Of a DNA stretch of 20,000 nucleotides, positions 1-7,865 are shown piece by piece (the first letter of the stretch is position 1; each line of letters starts with the position of its first letter). Source of the stretch: Bacteriovoracaceae bacterium (GTDB taxonomy: Bacteria; Bdellovibrionota; Bacteriovoracia; Bacteriovoracales; Bacteriovoracaceae); the NCBI GenBank assembly GCA_018649885.1, contig JABIHA010000056.1, positions 46,108 through 66,107 on the forward strand. The letters are read 5' to 3'. Below the pieces are notes generated by a model. It ran no database searches. It worked only from the letters and a program-made list of their open reading frames with translations, and had not been told where the DNA came from. The position numbers and the translations under genes were made by a program.

Positions 1-2
1 AA

Positions 3-1721
3 CAGCCCTTAGTTCTTGGCGGTGAGGAAAAATTAGCACCTACCTTGCAACCACCTACAAGTGGTGCAGATGAGACTATTTCAGAGGATCTTCCTCCTGC
101 TCCAGAAAAATCGTCAGCAATTAGAGAGCTTCCGCAAAAACCTATTATTGAGGAATCCGATGATGGAATTCCCTATGTCAGTTACCCATTAGCATCTGAT
201 CCCAAAGCGGAATTCAGTGAGTATATTTTTGAAGATTTAGAGACTCTTTATCCAATATTTAAATATGATGTTACAAAGTCGAGTGTAGAAGTTGTTATCA
301 TTAATGATGAAAATATTATTTCTGTTGATTACCTTCCCGGTAAAGACGGGGTATTTGGGCTTGTAGGCTACCTTCCTAAAGACAAGGATGTTGAGTTTGC
401 TTACCTTGGTAAAAATGAGCGCCTAGATTTTGTTACCATAAGTGGTAATCAAGTTAGTGTCTTAGTTCCTCACAGCTACTCAGTTCTCTATTTAGACAAG
501 GAAGGAAATCGGTTAGAGCGAGATGATATTAAGACAGATCACATAGACCTGAAAGAAAATGAGATTTTATCTTTTAGAAATGGTGATCTTCAAATCTTTG
601 TTCGAAATACTGAAGCGCCTCCCAAAGTAAAGGCTGCACCAGTATTCAGAAGAGATAAAACGCTTGGGAAATATTTTCTGATTATCTTTTTATTCTTATT
701 ATCATTTCTCAGTGTTCTAACTTTTATTGATATAGATGAAGAAATAGAAAAGGAAAAGGCACCAGAGAGAATCGCAACTATCTTGTATAAGAAAAAGCTC
801 ATTGTCCCCAAGAAAAAAAGCAGCGATTACGTTCCTAGCCCCAAGAAAAAAACACCTAAAACACCAAAGCGTAGAAAAGCTGTTAAGCCTACGACGACTA
901 AAGCAGCAAAAAAGATTGTCAAAAAAGTGGCCAAGACTACTCATAAGTCTACTACTCCAAAAGCGGTGAAAAAGGTAACCCCTAAAAAGGCAACGACTAA
1001 AAGACCTAAAAAGGTAGTTCGGAAAAAGACTCAAGTCGCTCCTAAAAAGACTAAGAAGATTGGTGGTAAACCTAATGCTGGTGCAGCAAGCAGGAGAAGA
1101 GCCAGAAATACAAAGTCTAAGGGTAGAGTTGATACTTATAAATCAACAGACTTTTCCTCTACTATGAATTCACTCTTGGCGAAAGGAGGGAGTGCTACAG
1201 GAGTGCAAACTCAGAATGCCGCTTCTGGAGATACTGGGCTAACAACTACCGCTATTGGTGGTAGTGAGGCGACTGCTGCTGAGATTGCCAACGTTGAACA
1301 AAAAGTTGGAAGTCTCACAGGTGCAGCAGATGGAAAGTTAGCTGCCTCCAAAGGTGCCGAAGGACTCGTAGATAAGAAGTCTGTAATGACCGCAGGAATT
1401 CCATCCAAGACAGTTGTTTTGGGATCCATGGATCCAGATATCATTAGAAAGATTTTGCGAGATCATCTCCCTCAATTTCAAAGATGTTACCAAAATGAAC
1501 TTGATGCCACCTATAAAAAAATCCAAGGTGTGATTCCACTGAATTTTACCATTGGATCATCGGGGCATGTTGTGAAGGCCGGATTAAGGGGAGCTTCGCG
1601 CTTTCCACCTGGCATGGTCAACTGTACTTTAAGTGTTTTGAGAGGGATTACTTTTCCTGAGCCACTTGGTGGAGGAAAGGTTGAGGTTAATCAACCTCTA
1701 AACTTTCTTCCACGAAAATAG
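3..1721 (+). CDS. AgmX/PglI C-terminal-domain (TonB-C-like) bitopic membrane protein, gliding-motility GltG/AgmX-like; 5'-truncated by the window
   Basis: Frame 3 is open from position 3 with no stop before the listed TTG at 45, so the true start is upstream of the window. It has one TM helix (YFLIIFLFLLSFLSVLTFI), a Lys-rich then Gly/Ala-rich linker, and a C-terminus GSMDPDIIRKILRDHLPQFQRCYQ...FTIGSSGHV...NCTLSVLRGITFPEPLGGGKVEVNQPLNF typical of the AgmX/PglI C-terminal domain. Confidence 0.8.
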   Translation, partial: QPLVLGGEEKLAPTLQPPTSGADETISEDLPPAPEKSSAIRELPQKPIIEESDDGIPYVSYPLASDPKAEFSEYIFEDLETLYPIFKYDVTKSSVEVVIINDENIISVDYLPGKDGVFGLVGYLPKDKDVEFAYLGKNERLDFVTISGNQVSVLVPHSYSVLYLDKEGNRLERDDIKTDHIDLKENEILSFRNGDLQIFVRNTEAPPKVKAAPVFRRDKTLGKYFLIIFLFLLSFLSVLTFIDIDEEIEKEKAPERIATILYKKKLIVPKKKSSDYVPSPKKKTPKTPKRRKAVKPTTTKAAKKIVKKVAKTTHKSTTPKAVKKVTPKKATTKRPKKVVRKKTQVAPKKTKKIGGKPNAGAASRRRARNTKSKGRVDTYKSTDFSSTMNSLLAKGGSATGVQTQNAASGDTGLTTTAIGGSEATAAEIANVEQKVGSLTGAADGKLAASKGAEGLVDKKSVMTAGIPSKTVVLGSMDPDIIRKILRDHLPQFQRCYQNELDATYKKIQGVIPLNFTIGSSGHVVKAGLRGASRFPPGMVNCTLSVLRGITFPEPLGGGKVEVNQPLNFLPRK

Positions 1722-1749
1722 AATACTAGAGGAGCTCTCTAGTATTCTA
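1715..1749 (-). terminator. Hairpin overlapping both convergent stop codons; probable intrinsic terminator for the minus-strand lipoprotein gene
   Basis: Perfect 13-bp inverted repeat TAGAATACTAGAG (1719-1731) / CTCTAGTATTCTA (1737-1749) with a 5-nt loop, followed by TTTT on the minus strand (AAAA at 1715-1718). Confidence 0.6.
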
Positions 1750-2479
1750 CATCAAATATATAATGTGAATGAACATTATATGTACTCATCGGTGGTGAAT
1801 AAGGGGTCACTCTAATCATGTGGTCCACATGAATTGGATTGAGTAGCAGTGGCAAGTCTGGAACTATCGTCATTCTTTTAATGTTGTATCCGCTATTGCT
1901 GAGACAATCAACTTGGTGACCTTGATAAGTGCCTCCATCAAAGTTTACATTTCCTGAACTCATTAGGTAGCACGTACCGTAGTTATAAAACATATTGTTA
2001 ATTTTTTCTGTTTTTGTCAGCACCTGATTTCGCTTTATTCTTCCAACTCTTTGCCAACCAGTACTTCCAAAGCTAATGGATAGGTTTCCATTAAAAAAGT
2101 TTCCGCTGGTAGAAAATCCCCAGTTGCTACTATAACTAAAGGTTGTCAGATCATAATCGACAGAGTCTGCTGCAATTGAATTAATCTCAAAATGCTTTTT
2201 TCTTCTATCTTGAAAATACATCTTCTTTATATTGCTACCTGCTTGTAAGCCTCCTCCATCTAAGGATTGGCCTTCCATAAAGCTAACTAACTCTTCTATG
2301 GTGTCAATATCAGTTGTAGCAACACCAGAAGTATTTGTGTACGAAGAAGTTCCCGAAGGTGATCCTGCACCGGTAGCCGCTCCATATTCTACTGGGTTGT
2401 CGCCCTCATCGGAACCACATCCTGATAGAAAAATCAGTGTAATTAGGAGAAATACTCCATTTAAAATTCCCTTTCTCAT
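1739..2479 (-). CDS. Hypothetical lipoprotein (246 aa)
   Basis: Basic N-terminus, hydrophobic stretch and lipobox FLSG-C, then a Gly/Ser/Thr-rich tether. An AAGGGG SD-like sequence precedes the ATG. No recognisable domain. Confidence 0.75.
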   Translation of the reverse strand: MRKGILNGVFLLITLIFLSGCGSDEGDNPVEYGAATGAGSPSGTSSYTNTSGVATTDIDTIEELVSFMEGQSLDGGGLQAGSNIKKMYFQDRRKKHFEINSIAADSVDYDLTTFSYSSNWGFSTSGNFFNGNLSISFGSTGWQRVGRIKRNQVLTKTEKINNMFYNYGTCYLMSSGNVNFDGGTYQGHQVDCLSNSGYNIKRMTIVPDLPLLLNPIHVDHMIRVTPYSPPMSTYNVHSHYIFDVEY

Positions 2480-2519
2480 TTCTTTGTCCCCTTTTTTAGT
2501 TACATCACCTACCTAAATA

Positions 2520-2536
2520 AGCAATCGAGAGGCCAA
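2520..2536 (-). promoter_or_regulatory. Sigma-54 (RpoN) -24/-12 promoter for the 246-aa lipoprotein
   Basis: Minus strand reads TTGGCCTCTCGATTGCT: GG-N10-GC in a TGGC...TTGC context, about 40 nt upstream of the start codon. Confidence 0.6.
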
Positions 2537-2590
2537 AAATGACAACAATTTGAGGCGATTTGAGCCGAATTTTGTTTATGTGTCTGATGG

Positions 2591-2609
2591 GTGTCTAAAA
2601 ATTAGTCAC
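2591..2609. promoter_or_regulatory. Imperfect palindrome, candidate enhancer-binding-protein site
   Basis: GTGTCTAA-AAA-TTAGTCAC (one mismatch), about 80-100 nt upstream of the predicted sigma-54 transcription start. Confidence 0.4.
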
Positions 2610-2620
2610 TTTTTGTAACC

Positions 2621-2654
2621 AAAACAAAGAGGCCCTCTCATGAGGGCCTCTTTT
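2621..2654 (-). terminator. Rho-independent terminator (potentially bidirectional) downstream of the second lipoprotein gene
   Basis: Perfect 12-bp inverted repeat AAAGAGGCCCTC-TCAT-GAGGGCCTCTTT (2626-2653) with T-rich tails on both strands, about 30 nt after the stop at 2682. Confidence 0.85.
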
Positions 2655-2681
2655 ATAATCATTCAATAAATTTTATTTAAA

Positions 2682-3287
2682 CTAGATACAGTATGATGGA
2701 AGATCAGCGTTTGTATTGTCTTCTCTTGCCAGTTTGTAGCGATCATAATCAGCTTTGGTAACTTGGCATTTTTGAAGTTTTACACATTTGAACATCTTCG
2801 TTTTAATCTGCTGGTTACCGTTTTGAAGTTTTGTTGTTTCAACATCTAATATCTTACCCCTGCACTCTGTCGTCTTATAAGGGTTTACTTTGACTGTTGC
2901 TTGGCAGTTGTCTTGAGCTATTCTATCTTGAAGAAAGTCAGTGGCCTCAGCTTTTGAATTAAATGTTTCTCTTTGTTTTTTATTGATTTTTTTATTTGGT
3001 CCAAATTCTTTTACTCCGCCGCTTACCCAAAGGATGCGACCATACCTTCTAATTTTTTCAATATTTTTGTGTCCCTCAGCCTTGGCCTCGTTTTTTTCAA
3101 GGATGGCCTTGGTGAAGCAAGTGTCGTTTACATCTGTTAGGACAATTTCATGAGTTTTTTGACTCTTACTTACTGTAGAAATTGTTCCTACCACTGAGTC
3201 GTCTTTAGGTTCGGCAGTAGTTGTCTTATCGTTACTACAAGAAGTGAATACTACCAAAAAGGCCAATAGAAGTGACTTTGTTTTCAT
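2682..3287 (-). CDS. Hypothetical lipoprotein (~201 aa), Cys-containing
   Basis: Start reassigned from 3299 to the ATG at 3287 because GGAG lies just upstream of it. MKTKSLLLAFLVVFTS-C is a lipoprotein signal, and six further Cys occur in the mature part. Confidence 0.72.
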   Translation of the reverse strand: MKTKSLLLAFLVVFTSCSNDKTTTAEPKDDSVVGTISTVSKSQKTHEIVLTDVNDTCFTKAILEKNEAKAEGHKNIEKIRRYGRILWVSGGVKEFGPNKKINKKQRETFNSKAEATDFLQDRIAQDNCQATVKVNPYKTTECRGKILDVETTKLQNGNQQIKTKMFKCVKLQKCQVTKADYDRYKLAREDNTNADLPSYCI

Positions 3288-3477
3288 ATATGTCTCCATA
3301 ATTATTAAAGTGAGCCGATTGTGACATGTGCGTCATTATGCTGCAATATCATTGAAATTTTTACTGATTCTTCTATCTAAGCTTTAGTTTCCTAGGCCTT
3401 TTCAGGGTATCTAAACCACTTTAATTACAGGAAATAGTAAATAGGTATGTAAATATGGGGAAAGGGTGGCAATTTCC

Positions 3478-3505
3478 ATGACACGGCGCAGTAAGCGTGT
3501 AAGAT
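3478..3505 (+). promoter_or_regulatory. Candidate sigma-70 promoter of the kinase-like pair
   Basis: ATGACA (3478-3483)-N16-TAAGAT (3500-3505). Strong SD GGAGGA at 3560-3565 before ATG 3572. Confidence 0.35.
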
Positions 3506-3571
3506 GGGCTGATTTTAAATTACTGTGTGTGTGCTCGTGCAAGCATATGAATTATTAGCGGAGGAATACAA

Positions 3572-6500
3572 ATGCCTTATCACTCTTTCAAGAGAGCAAT
3601 GGTTTTATCCATCTTAAGCATCTCTACTTTGTCTCAAGTGGCTACTGCCGATGTTATTGGTAGCTTCTCAGAAACAACGAACCACCCCGGTTACGTTACT
3701 ACCAACAAAAATTCTGGCCAATATAAGCCAGTGGTTTTGCCGAAGCACTATAGAGGTGACGGACTTGAGTATGGATCTCCTTCTCAAATTATAAAAGGCT
3801 ATATAAAAGACGGACAGGTTAATAGTGATAAAATTAACCAGGTTATCAAAGGCCTTGATTACTACGTTTCTCAAAATATGCTTTTAGAATGTCAGATGGA
3901 TATTCTTAAGGATTACATAAAAAAAGGAAAGACTTCCAAGGAGTTAGCTAAAGACTATGATAAAATTGGAAATAAGGTTTGCACCAAATATCCAATTAAA
4001 GAAGAGTCTGTTGTTCAGGGTTTTTATACCAAATATAAGAAAAGTAGAGTTTTTGTAACCGCTGAAATTGCTAAAGATCGATTAGAAAAAGCAAAGTCTT
4101 ATGGCATTTCTATTGCCATGAATGACCAGGGTCTAAATTCTTCTAAAGGATTGTTATTTGTTGAAAACTTGATCGAGGGTCTTGAGATTAATGAGGCCAT
4201 TAGAGTTGAGCAATTAGATAAAGGGCTTGAAAAAGGTGCCGTTTCAAAAATTTCTCAAACAATTAAAAACCTATTGCGAAAATACACTATTAAGAAAGGA
4301 AGACCTGAAGCTTCAAACCTTTTAATTCCTTCTAGGTTACTATCAAAATATCCTGGTCGAAAGTACTTTTCATCTGATGAGCTTTCCACCGAAAAAGTTA
4401 AAAAACAACTTAAGAGAGTTGGAAAAGATGTATCCTCATTGACACCTGGTAATACAGGCTTATGGAGAAGTCCAAAAACACCAATTGGTGAGTATAATAC
4501 TGCTAATCACAATAATGGAGAGCCGATTGGGACTCTTTTAAATCATATGTCCAGACCTGAGGCAGAAGCCTTACTAAATCCTGAAGTAGAAATCAGTGCT
4601 GTTTATAAAAAGAGTAAACATGTAAATGGAACTTCTCCTAAAATGGCAGTTATGATTTCTGGGCAAAAATTTAAACTGAAGTTCATAACCAACAAATTAA
4701 AAGCGCCACCTCATATGAGTATTCTTGAAACCTTTGAAAGGTTTATGATGCATGGGATGGAGGTTAATGTAGAGCCGGTTACCAACAATATAGCGGCTGC
4801 TCTTGGTTTCACAGTCGATCCAGTTCATTTTCAAAAGTCTATCAGGTTATATCTACCAGGTAGTGACTTTAATAAGTCCTATGAAAAATTCATTGAAAAA
4901 ATGAAAGAAGATTTCGATCCAGGTTTAAGCATTGAGTCTGCTTTTGAAGACGGGCAGTGGCCTGATGGAACAGCTCGAAAAGTTATTCACTTTGATAAAA
5001 AATTACAGAAAAACTACCTTCTTTTAAGAAATGTCACTCTTGAGAAAAAGTCAGACAAACTTTCTGATAGAAATATCGGCCATTTTGCTAAAACCTCTTT
5101 TGGTCGATCATTAAAAAGAGATCACAGGGCCATGGGACTTTTTCTAGCATGGATTGAAGATAAAGATGTAAAAGATGGTAATGCTAAGGTTAAGTACATC
5201 CCAGGAAAAGATCCAGAAAACTATAGTGATTATAAGATAGCTTACTCTGCAAGTGATATTGGCTCAGGCATCGGGATGGGATTTCCAAATCTTTACTCAA
5301 AAGAATTTGTAAAATCTCACAAAGTTGATAGAAATGGAGATGTTAAGAAAATTACTCTTGGATTCCATTCAGCATATCCAGTAGATATTCTTGATGCTGT
5401 AACACTTGATGATGCCAAATGGTTTGCAAGCCTAATTATGCAATTATCTCCAAGGCAGATTTATACCGCGATGAGAGAAGGAGGCCGATATCCTAAGGTG
5501 ATAGCTCTAACACTAACTGAAACAATGTTAAAAAGAAGAGATGACCTTGTAAAAGCTCTAGGATTAGTAGGAACAACCTTTACTAATGAATTTGGGCAAA
5601 CAATTAAATATGAACTCACAAGTCAAATCAATGAAGAAAATGTTGAAAATTATGTGTTAACTGGAAGAAGTAAGACGGGCATTATTTATGACCCATCTGA
5701 ATCACTAGATTTATCTAAGTACTTCAAGTTTGGACTTCTTACTGATCCTGATAATTCAATTTATTCCTCTGAAGACGACATCTTTTTAAGATACTGGGGA
5801 TCATCAATGCATTTTGGAAAAAACATTGATGAGAAAAGTGCCATTGAATTCAAGGCCTCTCTAACAAAAGGGCTTTGGAATGATTTAATCAGTTTAGTGG
5901 GACCGGTAATTTCAGATGAAGTACAGTTAACAAATGCTGGTATTGAAATTGATGGCTCAGACCTAAACCTAATTCCTTTTTGCGGTGGAGAGAAGTGTTT
6001 CTTTCAAGGAGCAAAAGTTGGTGTAGAGGGCTTCATCCCTTTTAGATATTACACAAAAAATCCTTTCTTTAATGAGGAAGATCCAAAATCCAACAAATAT
6101 TGGGTTGTTGATGTTTTCAGAATGGCCTTCGTTTTAGGAACTCCAAGTGCCACCATGGATGAAATTTTTGGTGATTCGGATTTAGGCATAGTAGGCGATA
6201 ATTCTCTTTTCTCAGCTCAGGGCACAGTTGGCTTTGAATGGGTGAAAATTAGAGGAGTCAGAAATTATATCGAGGCCAAGGAAGAATTAAGATCAAGAAG
6301 TAGAAAAGCAATTCCTAAGAAAAATTTCAAACAAAACCTTCTGGCTTCAATGGAAAATGGTGACATGCTTATTTCAAGTTCATTTCTTGGTGGCAAGGCC
6401 ATGGCGAAATTTAAGTATCCATTATTTTATCTTCTAAATGCAGAGATCAAGGCCAAGACTGAAAGAATTGTAACCAATAGAACAATGGTAATGAAGAAAA

Positions 6501-7741
6501 GCTCAGATGAGGCGATTGTGACTTGGGAAAATGTTGGTGACAGTAATATCGAGCTAAGTGCGGGACTTTCTGTTCTATTATTAAAGTTTCCACTTATCAA
6601 GGCAAATATCAGGAATCTTAATAAGGTTGATAGAAGTTATAGCTTTGATTTAAATAAACCAACTGAGTTAAAACTTGTAGCTAATTCAATAAATAAGATG
6701 CTTCCAACTCAAGCTGATTTTCCAGAAGCTAACAAGTTTCGCGTTGATAAACTCCAAATGAATGAATTGGGGCTTATGGCAACATTTTTTAATATATCTG
6801 ATGCAGTAAATGTTAGACAGAGAAGAATTGTTGCTGAAACTGACTTCACTGATCCTCAGAAAAAAGACAAGACAATACTAGTGTTTGAAAAAACAGAAAA
6901 GGTTATCTCTAAGGTTGGTCTTCTTCCTGTTAGCAGAGATATTTACACGACAAAAGCAATCTTTGATCAAGATGAAAATCTATACGCAAGCTTTAAATTT
7001 GACTTCACTCTACCAGGTGCTACTAGAGATAAGTTTTTAAAATTTTATGAAAGAAATATCAATCTCTTTCCTAAGGATCTTGTAACTTTCGACATCAGCA
7101 CAATTAACTACTACGTGGGAGATGTAACTATGAGTAGTGAGGTGATCTTATCAGATGAAGGTATTTATGAACTCTTTGGTCCAGATGAAGATGGAAATGT
7201 TAAGACAAAGAACGATATTTGTCTGATCTACGCCAAAGTTAATGAAGTTGAAAATGATAACACTCAGTGGTGTGAAAAATTGGTGGACGGAGATATCTTT
7301 ACCGTGGCCAAAGGTAATCATCCATTGGCCGCAAAGGCTTTTATAAGAGCTTTCATAAGGGCACAGAAGACATACCAAGAAATTGCAGATGAAATTGGTA
7401 TCACTAAAGGCAAGAAAAGAAGAAAAGCTTTTAAGTTACTCAGAAAGATCGTTAGTGTTTTAAATAAAACCAATAAGTACAGAAGAACACTTGATGTACT
7501 TTTAGAGTATGTTTCTGATGACAATTACTATAGAAATGCACTGATTGATGTAACAAGGCTTAGATCAATGACTGGTAGAAACTATGAAGTTGAAATAAGT
7601 GATCATTCAAACGGAAACTTTGCTCCAATTAAAGAATACCTTGGGTCGAATCCAAGTTCATATCTAGACAATGTCTTAACAATTGTCCTCGATACACTTG
7701 GAAACTTATACGCAAACCCAATATTAATTAAGACAAAGTAG
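3572..7741 (+). CDS. Large secreted protein (1389 aa) with an atypical kinase-like core and a beta-rich C-terminal region
   Basis: Sec signal ending VATA-D. Ordered motifs GTSPK (G353), KFKLKF (K370), EVNVEP (E401), DKDVKDGN (D532/N537), SDIG (D562), then DDAKWFASLIMQLS...LKRRDDL. Six Cys in three local pairs. Confidence 0.7.
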   Translation: MPYHSFKRAMVLSILSISTLSQVATADVIGSFSETTNHPGYVTTNKNSGQYKPVVLPKHYRGDGLEYGSPSQIIKGYIKDGQVNSDKINQVIKGLDYYVSQNMLLECQMDILKDYIKKGKTSKELAKDYDKIGNKVCTKYPIKEESVVQGFYTKYKKSRVFVTAEIAKDRLEKAKSYGISIAMNDQGLNSSKGLLFVENLIEGLEINEAIRVEQLDKGLEKGAVSKISQTIKNLLRKYTIKKGRPEASNLLIPSRLLSKYPGRKYFSSDELSTEKVKKQLKRVGKDVSSLTPGNTGLWRSPKTPIGEYNTANHNNGEPIGTLLNHMSRPEAEALLNPEVEISAVYKKSKHVNGTSPKMAVMISGQKFKLKFITNKLKAPPHMSILETFERFMMHGMEVNVEPVTNNIAAALGFTVDPVHFQKSIRLYLPGSDFNKSYEKFIEKMKEDFDPGLSIESAFEDGQWPDGTARKVIHFDKKLQKNYLLLRNVTLEKKSDKLSDRNIGHFAKTSFGRSLKRDHRAMGLFLAWIEDKDVKDGNAKVKYIPGKDPENYSDYKIAYSASDIGSGIGMGFPNLYSKEFVKSHKVDRNGDVKKITLGFHSAYPVDILDAVTLDDAKWFASLIMQLSPRQIYTAMREGGRYPKVIALTLTETMLKRRDDLVKALGLVGTTFTNEFGQTIKYELTSQINEENVENYVLTGRSKTGIIYDPSESLDLSKYFKFGLLTDPDNSIYSSEDDIFLRYWGSSMHFGKNIDEKSAIEFKASLTKGLWNDLISLVGPVISDEVQLTNAGIEIDGSDLNLIPFCGGEKCFFQGAKVGVEGFIPFRYYTKNPFFNEEDPKSNKYWVVDVFRMAFVLGTPSATMDEIFGDSDLGIVGDNSLFSAQGTVGFEWVKIRGVRNYIEAKEELRSRSRKAIPKKNFKQNLLASMENGDMLISSSFLGGKAMAKFKYPLFYLLNAEIKAKTERIVTNRTMVMKKSSDEAIVTWENVGDSNIELSAGLSVLLLKFPLIKANIRNLNKVDRSYSFDLNKPTELKLVANSINKMLPTQADFPEANKFRVDKLQMNELGLMATFFNISDAVNVRQRRIVAETDFTDPQKKDKTILVFEKTEKVISKVGLLPVSRDIYTTKAIFDQDENLYASFKFDFTLPGATRDKFLKFYERNINLFPKDLVTFDISTINYYVGDVTMSSEVILSDEGIYELFGPDEDGNVKTKNDICLIYAKVNEVENDNTQWCEKLVDGDIFTVAKGNHPLAAKAFIRAFIRAQKTYQEIADEIGITKGKKRRKAFKLLRKIVSVLNKTNKYRRTLDVLLEYVSDDNYYRNALIDVTRLRSMTGRNYEVEISDHSNGNFAPIKEYLGSNPSSYLDNVLTIVLDTLGNLYANPILIKTK

Positions 7742-7743
7742 TG

Positions 7744-7774
7744 AAAAATTGAGCTCACCCTTGGTGGGCTCAAT
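7744..7774. terminator. Intergenic hairpin between the two kinase-like genes
   Basis: ATTGAGCTCACC-CTT-GGTGGGCTCAAT (7748-7774), a 12-bp stem with one G-U. No U-tract on the + strand; an A-run on the 5' side. Confidence 0.5.
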
Positions 7775-7865
7775 ATAGTTTAAGTAATGTTGCAGGGGCG
7801 ATTAATTACATAGCAAGTTGTGGAATTAATCGGTAGGTTCTTAACTCCTAATGAAGGAATGGTAA

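Noticed and set aside
45..47. TTG start listed for the first ORF
   Set aside because: The frame is open to the window edge, so the gene most likely begins upstream.
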